From IMG/VR virus record IMGVR_UViG_3300038958_000005, positions 1-55,721 of that record: a DNA stretch of 55,721 nucleotides. One strand, 5' to 3'. This stretch comes from a virus (Duplodnaviria > Caudoviricetes). Positions 37,807 to 47,262 of the stretch are shown here, piece by piece (position 1 is the stretch's first letter; each line of letters starts with the position of its first letter). The position numbers were made by a program, and so were the translations under genes. The notes under the pieces are model-generated. The model ran no database searches, was not told the origin of the DNA, and saw only the letters and a program-made list of their open reading frames with translations.

Positions 37807-38341
37807 CATATCCTCCTGCAAGACGCTGCAATAATCGGTCAACCTGTTCGAATAATGATTCCGGTGATCCGTACGACACGCAAAACCGGACATCCTCAGG
37901 ATAGTCGAGCAGTTCCGTATCACTACGATGCGACGTGATTGGAACATCCCAGTCGGGAACGATGCGAATTACCAGGAACCCATGTCTTCGGAGCAGTCTG
38001 ATCTCGTTGTAGAACCGGGCATCGGGAACGACGACAGGCTTACCGGAGAGCCGGTTGAGACCGGCCTTCATCTTATGGTTCCAGTATTCGCGATCGTAGG
38101 CACGCCTGAATTCCGTACCCCAGACCTGGAGCAGAGGGCGTAGTTGCTGCTTGTCCCTCTCCAAACGTTCCAGGGACCATACTCCTTCGCCATCGAGGAA
38201 CGAAAGCGCGGCGACGATCTCTTCCTTCAGAGGATCGGCGAACGCCAGCCTGGTATAGCCATAGTTCTTCACGAGATATTCGGCCAGGGTGTCCTTGCCC
38301 GAACGGGAAGGACCGATAATCGCGAGATTCGGGACCATCAT
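37799..38341 (-). CDS. deoxynucleoside monophosphate kinase
   Basis: GPSRSGKDT, AFADPLK, R.LLQ.WGTE, DARF.NE, H.SD motifs. Confidence 0.9.
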   Translation of the reverse strand: MMVPNLAIIGPSRSGKDTLAEYLVKNYGYTRLAFADPLKEEIVAALSFLDGEGVWSLERLERDKQQLRPLLQVWGTEFRRAYDREYWNHKMKAGLNRLSGKPVVVPDARFYNEIRLLRRHGFLVIRIVPDWDVPITSHRSDTELLDYPEDVRFCVSYGSPESLFEQVDRLLQRLAGGYDA

Positions 38342-38381
38342 CCAGCTATCCTGTGGTGATTATTCGCTTATGCGTCTATAC

Positions 38382-38612
38382 CTATTGCTGATGATCCGGT
38401 CTGTCCCGATTATCCTGGCTGAAGAAGCGACCGGCCGCAGCGAATGCGAGAGCGGCCCCCTGAGCCAGAACCGTGACCAGCGTCGTCGTGATCTCTTTCT
38501 CGGCACCGCGAATGACCGCGTATGCGGCCAGAGCGCTGACCGTAATCACGTTGATGATCACGACCAGTCCAATGACGCTGAGTTTGCCGATTGCCCCTAG
38601 GCGATCATTCAT
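38382..38612 (-). CDS. putative holin
   Basis: 2 TM helices, downstream of endolysin. Confidence 0.6.
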   Translation of the reverse strand: MNDRLGAIGKLSVIGLVVIINVITVSALAAYAVIRGAEKEITTTLVTVLAQGAALAFAAAGRFFSQDNRDRPDHQQ

Positions 38613-38614
38613 CG

Positions 38615-38722
38615 CTACCAGCTCCTCATGATGATCCTGAAGATGATCAGAGCGATCGTCGCTCCTAACGTACCTACCGCAGCGTTGATCAACGCTGGAA
38701 TCACGACTTCATTCCACATCAT
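38615..38722 (-). CDS. 35-aa single-TM peptide (lysis accessory?)
   Basis: manual translation MMWNEVVIPALINAAVGTLGATIALIIFRIIMRSW. Confidence 0.5.
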   Translation of the reverse strand: MMWNEVVIPALINAAVGTLGATIALIIFRIIMRSW

Positions 38723-38747
38723 GTTCTATCCTGTTCGTTTCGTTCGC

Positions 38748-39581
38748 CTACGTCTTGCGATTAGCGGACCGTATGAGACTGGACCAGCGTTTCGCTTTGT
38801 CCGTCTGATAGATTCCGAATAGCGCCAGAGCGGCAGGATTGATACCCATCTGATACAGGGAAACCGCACCCCTGATCGTATCAGCCATATCTTCCTGCCA
38901 GGCCTTTTGCAGAATCCTCAGTCCCTCCGCCCCTGATGCAGGACCGATAGCGAGCCAGTCTGCATCGAATACAGAGAAGTCGAAATCGACTCCCTTCACT
39001 CTCGTACTGCCGGTATACTGCTCGCCGACGAGACGGACGTTGGAACCGCCGTAACGATTGGAATGGAAGTCGATATCCGGATTCTGATCATAGAATGCGT
39101 TGATGAGAGGCAGGTCGTCTGGTATCGTCGGGTTACCGAGACGATCGACCCACCACCATCTAGCCGTGTAGAGCGCCGGCCGCTGCCTGAGTTCGATAAT
39201 CCGCTGCGCCGCTTTCTTCAGATCGTCGAGACCGGCGACCGAAGAATCGCTCTTCGGATTTCCCCATTCCATGTCTATGGCAACGAAGGAGAGTTTCGAC
39301 CATTCTTCGTCACCGATCAGGCGATGGGCTGCATTCACGTCTTCCACCGCTGTACCACGACGCGTGAGCGCAACGTAGGTACCGGTCATGAGTCCGTGGT
39401 TCCTGGCTCTCCTGAGTGTTTCCGCGACAGCGTCGTATCCGGAGACACCATGCCAGGCACCGGGCCAGAGGAGTTTCACGCGATAGACGCGCTTGAGTTC
39501 CTCGATGACCTCATCGGGAACCGGCTGATTGTTCGTTGCGAATTTGCTGGTATCAGCGGCGAACACGGCGAAGTTGCTCAT
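38748..39581 (-). CDS. endolysin, GH25-like muramidase
   Basis: AADTSKF, AIDME, LYTARWWW, QYT and DFDFS motifs. Confidence 0.75.
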   Translation of the reverse strand: MSNFAVFAADTSKFATNNQPVPDEVIEELKRVYRVKLLWPGAWHGVSGYDAVAETLRRARNHGLMTGTYVALTRRGTAVEDVNAAHRLIGDEEWSKLSFVAIDMEWGNPKSDSSVAGLDDLKKAAQRIIELRQRPALYTARWWWVDRLGNPTIPDDLPLINAFYDQNPDIDFHSNRYGGSNVRLVGEQYTGSTRVKGVDFDFSVFDADWLAIGPASGAEGLRILQKAWQEDMADTIRGAVSLYQMGINPAALALFGIYQTDKAKRWSSLIRSANRKT

Positions 39582-39714
39582 TCACGCTCTCCTGATCTTC
39601 CCGATTACTAGACTTCATTCTCGCGTTCAGTTCCATTTCTTCGAGAGCCCGTGCCGCCCGGAGATCACCCTGTAGATACTGCCTGAGATACTGACGGACT
39701 CTCGAACGCTTCAC
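39553..39714 (-). CDS. 53-aa hypothetical protein
   Basis: GTGA overlap with upstream stop; fills the gap; MKRSRVRQYLRQYLQGDL... Confidence 0.4.
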   Translation of the reverse strand: MKRSRVRQYLRQYLQGDLRAARALEEMELNARMKSSNREDQESVNEQLRRVRR

Positions 39715-40940
39715 TGGTTTCCTTCGCGCCATACTGAACCTGCCGGTGCTACCTGACCCACGTTAGCATACAGAGGAAGGAACTGAGTGACTCCATGTTC
39801 CTCATGGAATTCTACCAACCACTGCAACGGTTGGCGAACCGCCTTGAACGAAGACTGGATGAACTGGGAACTGGCGGTGAGGGAACCGTTCATGATGATC
39901 CAGCCATCCTGTCCGAGCGGAAGAATGGCCGGTTGATGGAAATGACCGAACCAGACGACTTCCGCACCGCCCAGCATCTGGATCAGCCCTTTCGCCGCAT
40001 TGACGATCGGATACCAGGGAACGCCGCCGTAACTGGAACCACTGGTGCGGAACGAGGCTCCGTGTTCGAAGACGTGGCGCATACCGGCGAACTTCCGATA
40101 GCCGAAAAATGTCTCCCAGTTCTTGATTTCCACGCGAGGATCGTTCTCGAACAGGCGCTGGAGAAGAGAGCCGATGAGCCATGCATAGGTATCAACGTAG
40201 TCCACTTCTCCGAGACTGGCATTTCCTGGCCTGGACGATGTCCGATCGTGATTGCCGCCCACGAAGTCGGCGATGACCTGTTCGACTCCGGGCAAGCTGA
40301 GGATATACCGGATGAATAGCGCACACAGATCGAAGACCTCGATCACCTGCTTCATGACGACGCGGTCAACCTGGGCCGCATGCGCCGGTCGCAGACAATC
40401 GCCGTCCACGAGATCACCCAGAAAGTTGAGCCAGATTCTGCGAACGCGCTTTCTTCCGCGCTCTACCTCGACGAAGTGAATGTCTTTGATCGCTTTGTAG
40501 AGCGTATCGATCTGCAAACGGGTGAGTGCCGTGGTCTGCTCGTAGACACCGCCAGTGCTCTGCAACGGCGTGGACTGACCTACCTGCCAGTCAGACAGGG
40601 CGATCGCCCACTCGACTTCTACCGATCCGGGGAGTTCGCGCACCGGGATCGGTTCCGACGGACTCCATGCCTCCAGCGTTTCCCTGATTGCTGAGAGATA
40701 CTCCTGACGTTTGGCCTCTCCTCTCTGGAGTTCCATGAGCGTCTTGGCCAGCTGTTGCTGCTTCAGCCGTTCCCGTTCGGCTTCGATCTTCTCTTCCATC
40801 GAGAGGTTCAGCGTGCCCAGAACCTTGCGCCGCTGATATGACGATCGAGCGGCATCACGCTGATGAGCCAGGGAGCAGTACTTCTTCCGGTTACTGGGAA
40901 CGACTTCACTGCATCCTTCCAGCGCACAGATTCTCTCCAT
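39711..40940 (-). CDS. calcineurin-like metallophosphoesterase with N-terminal Zn finger
   Basis: SDWQ, GDLVDG, GNHD, EHG, GHFH; N-terminal C..EGC...YCS..H. Confidence 0.85.
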   Translation of the reverse strand: MERICALEGCSEVVPSNRKKYCSLAHQRDAARSSYQRRKVLGTLNLSMEEKIEAERERLKQQQLAKTLMELQRGEAKRQEYLSAIRETLEAWSPSEPIPVRELPGSVEVEWAIALSDWQVGQSTPLQSTGGVYEQTTALTRLQIDTLYKAIKDIHFVEVERGRKRVRRIWLNFLGDLVDGDCLRPAHAAQVDRVVMKQVIEVFDLCALFIRYILSLPGVEQVIADFVGGNHDRTSSRPGNASLGEVDYVDTYAWLIGSLLQRLFENDPRVEIKNWETFFGYRKFAGMRHVFEHGASFRTSGSSYGGVPWYPIVNAAKGLIQMLGGAEVVWFGHFHQPAILPLGQDGWIIMNGSLTASSQFIQSSFKAVRQPLQWLVEFHEEHGVTQFLPLYANVGQVAPAGSVWREGNQ

Positions 40941-40941
40941 G

Positions 40942-41694
40942 CTAACTTCCTTTCCAATCACTGGTCACCGCCGCTCGCGCTTTTCTCAGTCTGGAACCGA
41001 GCTTTCGACCATTGACGGATACGGATTCCGCCGAACCATCAGCGATCGCTTCGATCGTTGCTATCAGTGTACCGTACGTATCGAGAAGCGCCGAAGCAGT
41101 TTCCGGACCGATACCCGGCAGCGCGCACAGGGACCACAGGACATCGCTGTACAGTTCCCCGCCAAGCACCGTCGATACCGGCAATTCCGGCCGTTGCCGT
41201 TCTCGTATGAATCTCCTGTGCGTATCCGCTGTATTGCCTACGATCGAGGCGATCTTGCGCGCGGCGTCGTACAGCTTGCAACGTACGATATGGACGCCGA
41301 GGAGACCGAGTTCGAATAGCATGCCATCGACGGCTTCGTACTGCCAGCCACTCTGTACCCAGCCGGATGCATCAGCTTCGGGATGATTAGGATAGTGATA
41401 TTCGAGCCGTCCGGTAGTGGCCTGCCGATATTCTCCCTCGATGAGCAGGATGTAGTGGTCGAACATCGATACGCCGCGATGCGCCTGTTCAACGAGTTGC
41501 CGGTCTCGCAGCGACTGGAGCAAGTTGGTGATGGTCTTGCGCTCAATTCCGAATCGCAGCGTATGAACGAACCATACATAATCGGTTCCCGCTTCTCCAG
41601 ATACCGCATTGAGCCCATAGGTATTGAGGCGGGCGATCATCTCCTCTGGTTCCGATGGAGAGACGATGACCAGATGGCGGCCAATATCAGTCAT
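40942..41694 (-). CDS. ERCC4/XPF-family nuclease with HhH
   Basis: GTDY, IERKT..NL..S, LLIEG; LPGIGPETA HhH. Confidence 0.8.
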   Translation of the reverse strand: MTDIGRHLVIVSPSEPEEMIARLNTYGLNAVSGEAGTDYVWFVHTLRFGIERKTITNLLQSLRDRQLVEQAHRGVSMFDHYILLIEGEYRQATTGRLEYHYPNHPEADASGWVQSGWQYEAVDGMLFELGLLGVHIVRCKLYDAARKIASIVGNTADTHRRFIRERQRPELPVSTVLGGELYSDVLWSLCALPGIGPETASALLDTYGTLIATIEAIADGSAESVSVNGRKLGSRLRKARAAVTSDWKGS

Positions 41695-42541
41695 CGATGC
41701 GCTGTTCCGCATCACCCTTCTTCCCCGGATAGGGCCTTCCGGTCTGCATCGTGTAGAGCGTTTCGAATGTCAGATTCTCAACGACAAGTCCTTCCAGACC
41801 CGTATTGCCGGACAGTTTCTTGATCCTGGCCAGATGCTTCCTGCCGATGTGTTCCGGATTCGTGCAGGCTGGAGCGCTACAGGACCGGCACACCTTGGAT
41901 AACTCGACTTCCACTTCGACCAGGTAGGGAGTTTGCGAGTTCTTCCGCGGGCTGTAGCTACCTGGGATCGGGCCATCGCTATCCCAGTTCTGCTTGAGTT
42001 GATGTGTGAGTACCAGGAAGCAGCCGCAGGCCTTGATGTAGCTGATGATACCCCTGACCCGGTTATTCGCTTCTTCGTAGATGATTCCGCCGATCGACTT
42101 CTTGCCAGCAGCGATCCGTTCCTTTTCCTTGGGCTCGACGAATACCTGCTGCATCACGGACCACCATGAGGAGCCGCCGTCCAGTACGAACGTTCCGTTC
42201 TTCAGGCGGGGAGCCGCTTCCCGGATCACCTGATTCAGTGTGAGCAGAGACTGCACTGCTTCCTGATACGTCCATCCTTCGGGGGAAGCAGGCTGGATGT
42301 CACATATGTACACGTCACGTCGCTTTTCTTCCGGAAGATCGTACAGCAAGAGGTTGGCCGACCGGTCACCGAAGTTGACGAGGATCAGCGGCCGTGGGAA
42401 TCCGAGCGCGAACGTCGTCTTTCCCGTTCCTTCGAGACCATCTACGGAGACGGAGAATGGCGTAATCTCATCCGGATGTAGCTCTTCGGCACTGGTGAGG
42501 ATGATTCCCTTACTCTGTAGTTCCCTCTGCACGTCTTTCAT
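41687..42541 (-). CDS. P-loop ATPase (Sak4/AAA_24-like recombinase candidate)
   Basis: GLEGTGKTT Walker A, FVLDG Walker B, LTHQ; next to Cas4-like and SSB-like genes. Confidence 0.7.
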   Translation of the reverse strand: MKDVQRELQSKGIILTSAEELHPDEITPFSVSVDGLEGTGKTTFALGFPRPLILVNFGDRSANLLLYDLPEEKRRDVYICDIQPASPEGWTYQEAVQSLLTLNQVIREAAPRLKNGTFVLDGGSSWWSVMQQVFVEPKEKERIAAGKKSIGGIIYEEANNRVRGIISYIKACGCFLVLTHQLKQNWDSDGPIPGSYSPRKNSQTPYLVEVEVELSKVCRSCSAPACTNPEHIGRKHLARIKKLSGNTGLEGLVVENLTFETLYTMQTGRPYPGKKGDAEQRIDD

Positions 42542-43367
42542 GTTCGGACAGCCTCGCTTTCAGCCATTGTTCCAGTTCCTCCAATGATTGTTCGGGAGTC
42601 GATGGCGGATGGGCCTGTAACCATCGCTCGCAGACACTGCCATCCGGCAGCTTCTCTCCGATCATACAGTACTTGCATTGATAGTCGTAGATCGGCGAAT
42701 CCGGACCGAGAGGTGGTAGCTCATCACCTTCTACGATCATCTTACGTCGCTGCATTTCCTTGAGCCATCCTACACGTTCCTGTTCGCTGTTCCATCTGAT
42801 TTCAGCCGCCTGCAAATCTGCCCTGGTTCCATTGGTGTTCCGGTAATTCCCGTTGACGTGGAAGATGACCAGGTATCCATAATCGGCTCCATGAATCGCG
42901 AGATACGTCTTTAGCTGATCCAGGTACCAGGGGAACGATTCCACAGCCCGGTTCGAAGAATACTGCGTCGATTTCATCTCGACCAGCACCGGCCGATCGC
43001 CTTCGAATTCGCACCAATCCACCGTCCCGATCATAAGTGTGTCCTCGCATTCGGGGCAGCGTTGCGTGCGTTCGAGTTCGGCGCTCCAAGGGTGCAGCGT
43101 AGAGCACCGGAAGCAGTATCCGGCTCGCACCTGCTGGAAATCACCGGCGAGAAGGTCTTCATGAGAAAGGCCACGGAGCCAGTCGAGAATCGTCGAATCG
43201 GGAACGTCGGAGGCGAAGTTGCTGACTCTTTCTGCCCAGGCCTTGCGCAGGCAGAAGAGCAGATCGCTGACGTGGATTCCAGACCGTCGCTCTCCGATTT
43301 TCAATCGCTTACGGAACCGCTCCAGAAGCTTCTTGCGAAACTTCGGAGCGAGCGTCACCGTAATCAT
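42510..43367 (-). CDS. Cas4-like PD-(D/E)XK exonuclease
   Basis: HVSDL..C.RK, GTVD, EMKS, Q...Y, C-terminal CKYC...C; inserted CFRC/CPEC ribbon. Confidence 0.8.
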   Translation of the reverse strand: MITVTLAPKFRKKLLERFRKRLKIGERRSGIHVSDLLFCLRKAWAERVSNFASDVPDSTILDWLRGLSHEDLLAGDFQQVRAGYCFRCSTLHPWSAELERTQRCPECEDTLMIGTVDWCEFEGDRPVLVEMKSTQYSSNRAVESFPWYLDQLKTYLAIHGADYGYLVIFHVNGNYRNTNGTRADLQAAEIRWNSEQERVGWLKEMQRRKMIVEGDELPPLGPDSPIYDYQCKYCMIGEKLPDGSVCERWLQAHPPSTPEQSLEELEQWLKARLSEHERRAEGTTE

Positions 43368-43392
43368 CGTTCTCTTCTTTCGTCTCCTCTGG

Positions 43393-43513
43393 CTCCTAGA
43401 GAGGGCAGGTACCCGGAAAGGGGGTGACGGCGACGGTTTGCGGCTAGCTCAAGGAAGGGTGACAACAAGGATACCTGCCCTCTGTAGGAGGGGCTATCGG
43501 AAGACGATAGCCC
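43393..43513 (-). ncRNA. candidate structured intergenic RNA
   Basis: ~22-bp stem (43393-43414 with 43469-43490, one mismatch, one G-U) closing a 54-nt loop, plus a 9-bp hairpin at 43491-43513. Confidence 0.45.
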
Positions 43514-43522
43514 TATGAATGA

Positions 43523-43819
43523 TCACTTACCGGACACCGGCTTTTTGCGCACCTTTTCGTTTCCCTCTCGCTTCCCAGTTTTGCTCCCTGTCGCACGCAC
43601 TGTCTCCATACTCTGATTCGGGACCGTGACTTCGTTCTCTTCCAGCAGCGCCCGGTAAGCATCTTCCCGCGCGGGGTCGAAGAGAAGTAGGAGTCCTTCG
43701 ACCAGCACTACGGCTCCACCGTATCGCGGGTCTACAGGATATTTTAGCAGCTGATTCCTGATGCGTTCCAGCATCGACCTCCAGCTTTCCAGCTGCGTCG
43801 AAGGAATCATTCCATCCAT
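43523..43819 (-). CDS. hypothetical protein
   Basis: TGATG overlap with upstream gene. Confidence 0.6.
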   Translation of the reverse strand: MDGMIPSTQLESWRSMLERIRNQLLKYPVDPRYGGAVVLVEGLLLLFDPAREDAYRALLEENEVTVPNQSMETVRATGSKTGKREGNEKVRKKPVSGK

Positions 43820-44607
43820 CAGGACTTGAATCCGTCCAGAACCTCGGCGAGACCGCCGGTCGCGATGGCCGTCAGGAACGGCTCGATTCTGGCAGCCGCC
43901 GGGAATTCAGGGTCGGCCAGGATCGAAACAGGAGCCTTCTCGGCGGAAATGCCTCTGGACGCCAGGAACTGCCTGATGAGAGAGGCCGCCTGTTCGACAC
44001 TGACCTCACCGGCCTTCGACTCAGTGGCGTTGGAGACCGACTCAGTCGCCGGTTCCGTCGCGCGAACCCGGAACTTCTGCACCGGCCCGGTGTACCTGTA
44101 GTCCGGAGGCAGCACCTCGATCGGGACGATCACGTTCTTGGCGTAGAAGCCAGGAGCGATCTCCTTTTCGCGGTACCGCTCGACCAACAGATTCATCCCT
44201 TCGATCCGGGACGGGTCAGGAACCAGGGAACCGACGACACGCGTCCATGCGGTAATGATGAACTGCTCCTTACCGCGCGTCCTCATAATCGGCTTGAGCA
44301 CGCCGCTGGAGTCCAGCTTCTCCAGATCGACACCGGCGTAGAGCGTGGCGGGAACCTCAGTGCCGTCAGGCCGCACGAAGACGGCGTCGTAGCGTTCCAG
44401 CTGCAGGTCCCACTGTTGAATCGAATTCCCTTCCGGACCGTAGCCTTCGCCCCGATAGGGGAACGCCTGACGGAACGACGTAGCCCGGTTGTACTCCGGC
44501 GCGCTCCACCGGAACCTGGAGACCTTGACCCGTACCGGGATGGTCTCCCTCGGCTCTTCCCAACTGGACGGGTCGAGCAACGAGACATTGAAGTTCTGAT
44601 TGTCCAT
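43819..44607 (-). CDS. highly expressed protein, possible ssDNA-binding protein
   Basis: ATG 44607 with GGAGG SD; strong codon bias; recombination block position (function inferred). Confidence 0.5.
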   Translation of the reverse strand: MDNQNFNVSLLDPSSWEEPRETIPVRVKVSRFRWSAPEYNRATSFRQAFPYRGEGYGPEGNSIQQWDLQLERYDAVFVRPDGTEVPATLYAGVDLEKLDSSGVLKPIMRTRGKEQFIITAWTRVVGSLVPDPSRIEGMNLLVERYREKEIAPGFYAKNVIVPIEVLPPDYRYTGPVQKFRVRATEPATESVSNATESKAGEVSVEQAASLIRQFLASRGISAEKAPVSILADPEFPAAARIEPFLTAIATGGLAEVLDGFKS

Positions 44608-44635
44608 ATTAGCCTCCCAACGTATAAGGTCTATT

Positions 44636-44675
44636 CTGCTGCTTATCCTGCTGCTTATCCTGCTGCTTATCCTGC
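44636..44675. repeat. 12-bp tandem repeat (CTGCTGCTTATC) x3.3
   Basis: read directly. Confidence 0.9.
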
Positions 44676-44754
44676 GATGTGCTATGCACTGCTCACTGCT
44701 GCATGCATGCCGTACCTGCGTGCTACCGCCCGCTAGAGCAGATTTCACCCCCTT

Positions 44755-46566
44755 TCATTCGATGATGAGTTCCCTGAACGCTTCCCGGAAGAATCGCGGG
44801 CTCCATGTCCGTTTGTACAGACGGGCATAGTTCGCGTCGAGGATGAACGTCACTCCAGCGTCATCCACACTCCTGACGGCCCGGCCAGCAGCCTGAATGA
44901 CCGCGTTCTGAGCTTCGCTGTCATACAGTTCCTGGCCGATAGGATATCCGTTCTCCAGCCTGAATGCTCGCCTTGCCGCAACGATTTCGTCTCCGAGAGA
45001 AGCATACGGAACTTTCGCTATCACCTGCCATCCTATCAGATACGGAATGTCCACGCCAGTCGTCATGCTCGCTGTGACCATGACCAGTGGCTCTTTGGAT
45101 GTGATGAATGTCTTGAGCGCGCGAGAGACTTCGGTGGTCGACTCTCCATGCGTGAAAAACCTGCCCGGTATCAAGGCATTGAGCATCTCCGTGAGCTTGC
45201 GAGCGTTGCGATGCGATGCGGTATGCACCAGACCTTTGCGATACTTCCAGTGTCCAGATTGAGCAATGTGTGCAATCGCTTTCGCAATTGCCTGCCAGTC
45301 TTCGTCGGTACTCCGGTGAGACAGGCTGCGAACGGGCCAGAAGTATACCGGACGCCGTTCGGGCGGGAAGATACTCGGTACCTCGATGAAGTAGTGCTGA
45401 TCTTCCGGGATATCGAGCCGGATGCTCTCCAGCTTCGGGTCACCGGGAGTCGCGCTCATGAGCAGGACACGATCGAAATGACGCCACAATAGACGGTTTG
45501 TCTCCGTACGGCCAAACAGCGGCCGGGCAGTGATCCCAGACTCCTTCCCATACACGATGTCTCTGCGAATGATCCACTCTTCGGGAGAAGAGAGTTCCGC
45601 CAGAATACTCATTCCATCGCGCAGCGCTGTCAGTTGCCGATGCTTCATCCTGATTTCCGCCAGTAGTTTCTGATTCCGCGCGGACGGGTCTTCGAGACAG
45701 AGACCAATGATCGATGTCTGTTCGGCCCGTATGCGCTCCAGTGCGGATATGACAGAGGGAAGGGACTGGCGAGCCCATTCCGACCACTTCACGCTAGACT
45801 CACGCGTTCTCACCGTACGCGGACCATAACGGACAACTTCCTGCGTTTCATCGGCCGGCGGCAGTCTGACGCCGCAGAGGTACAGGAGCCGGTTGTGGAT
45901 ACGCAGGCTCACCGATTCAAGGACTGCCTGCTCTAGAAGATGGCTCTCATCGGCGATCAGGAGCGGTCTGCGGAATGGATTGGCAATCTGTCGGTATCCT
46001 TGTGCCGATGAGATACGCATGACCGGTAGCTGGAGAATACGAAGCGCGTAGGCGTAGTTGGTCACGACCATCGGCGCGTACGCCGCCGTCCAGTATTGCC
46101 GGTAATAACCGCAACCGCCGGGGCCATCCAGTTTCGCATCGCATGCCTGTCCGTCAGCGCATGGTGCTGTTTCGGCTGTCATCTCTTCCAGAAAGCCGAG
46201 ACGGGCCGGATGCTCTGCCGGTAACTCACAGAGAAAATTCCTGCGGCCTTTGAGCACGACAGCGTCTGGTAAGAATTGCCGGTATTGTTCCTGTAACTGA
46301 ATCGTGTGCGTGAGAACCAGCGAATTCCCCGAACCTGAGAACGACAGGAGTTTCTGCACAGCGGCGGCGATGAGACTCTTGCCGGAGCCTGTCGGCGCCG
46401 CCAGAGAGACGAACTTGATGCCGCTGTCGAACGCGTCGAGAATCTCCTGTATTACCTCTCTCTGATTCGGACGCCAGGATTCCTTGGGGAGTCCGAGTTC
46501 CAACGGCGAATCAGGAACGGAAATCGGAGAGCGGCGGATTACGTGGTCTCCAGGTCCAGGTACCAT
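44755..46566 (-). CDS. DinG/XPD-like SF2 helicase (start uncertain)
   Basis: APTGSGKS, KGRRNFLC, IADESH, MSAT, GVDIP, QAAGRAVR motifs. Confidence 0.9.
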   Translation of the reverse strand: MVPGPGDHVIRRSPISVPDSPLELGLPKESWRPNQREVIQEILDAFDSGIKFVSLAAPTGSGKSLIAAAVQKLLSFSGSGNSLVLTHTIQLQEQYRQFLPDAVVLKGRRNFLCELPAEHPARLGFLEEMTAETAPCADGQACDAKLDGPGGCGYYRQYWTAAYAPMVVTNYAYALRILQLPVMRISSAQGYRQIANPFRRPLLIADESHLLEQAVLESVSLRIHNRLLYLCGVRLPPADETQEVVRYGPRTVRTRESSVKWSEWARQSLPSVISALERIRAEQTSIIGLCLEDPSARNQKLLAEIRMKHRQLTALRDGMSILAELSSPEEWIIRRDIVYGKESGITARPLFGRTETNRLLWRHFDRVLLMSATPGDPKLESIRLDIPEDQHYFIEVPSIFPPERRPVYFWPVRSLSHRSTDEDWQAIAKAIAHIAQSGHWKYRKGLVHTASHRNARKLTEMLNALIPGRFFTHGESTTEVSRALKTFITSKEPLVMVTASMTTGVDIPYLIGWQVIAKVPYASLGDEIVAARRAFRLENGYPIGQELYDSEAQNAVIQAAGRAVRSVDDAGVTFILDANYARLYKRTWSPRFFREAFRELIIE

Positions 46567-47246
46567 TCTCTCCATTCTTCTGCTAGTCGCGGCCAGTCCG
46601 GGTCCCATTCTTCGGTCGGAACCCGGTGCGGATCGCTGATCCACTTCGCGAACGCCAGGGCAGCGCTGCGTGTAGGAATACTTTCGGCCAGCACGCTGCG
46701 TAGCATCTTTCTCTGAGCTTCGGATTCACAGCTATCCAGCATTTCGGTGTATCGCTTCAGACGACGACCGATCGCTTCCCAGTCTCCGATCCGACGTGCC
46801 TGATCCAGTTCCGCTTCATGTTGAGCGATATTTTCCACGAATTCACGACGAATGCGCGCCCGATCGGCGTCGAGACGGGCTTCGTGCTGAATCCTGAGGG
46901 CATCGTTCACGAATCCTTCGATATGGCCCGGCATCATCTTCTGTTCCGCGAAATACTTGATAAGCATTTCGACCGCGTGCCTGATGATATTCGATACCGA
47001 ACCCTGATAGCCGAACCGATTGTCGTTTGCCATTTCTTGCAGGATCGCATCCGTGTACCGGGTGAGACGGACCGTGCGATTGACAGTATTCCTGACTTCA
47101 GACTCCGTCAGTGCGCCCAGATAGGTCGTATTCTCGGCGTGTTCCATGACCTCCATCGGGGACAGGACTGCCTCGATCGGAGTCGCTACGGGAATCTCAG
47201 CAGGAACTCGTACGCTGGAGTCATCTTTCCTCCACCGTTGTTGCAT
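46539..47246 (-). CDS. ribbon-helix-helix-containing regulator
   Basis: RTVRLT...L..MA...SVSNIIRHAVEML. Confidence 0.55.
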   Translation of the reverse strand: MQQRWRKDDSSVRVPAEIPVATPIEAVLSPMEVMEHAENTTYLGALTESEVRNTVNRTVRLTRYTDAILQEMANDNRFGYQGSVSNIIRHAVEMLIKYFAEQKMMPGHIEGFVNDALRIQHEARLDADRARIRREFVENIAQHEAELDQARRIGDWEAIGRRLKRYTEMLDSCESEAQRKMLRSVLAESIPTRSAALAFAKWISDPHRVPTEEWDPDWPRLAEEWREWYLDLETT

Positions 47247-47262
47247 GCTTACCTCCTATGAG

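Noticed and set aside
42510-43367. CRISPR-Cas system
   Set aside because: Solo Cas4-like nuclease in a recombination block; no other cas genes or array.
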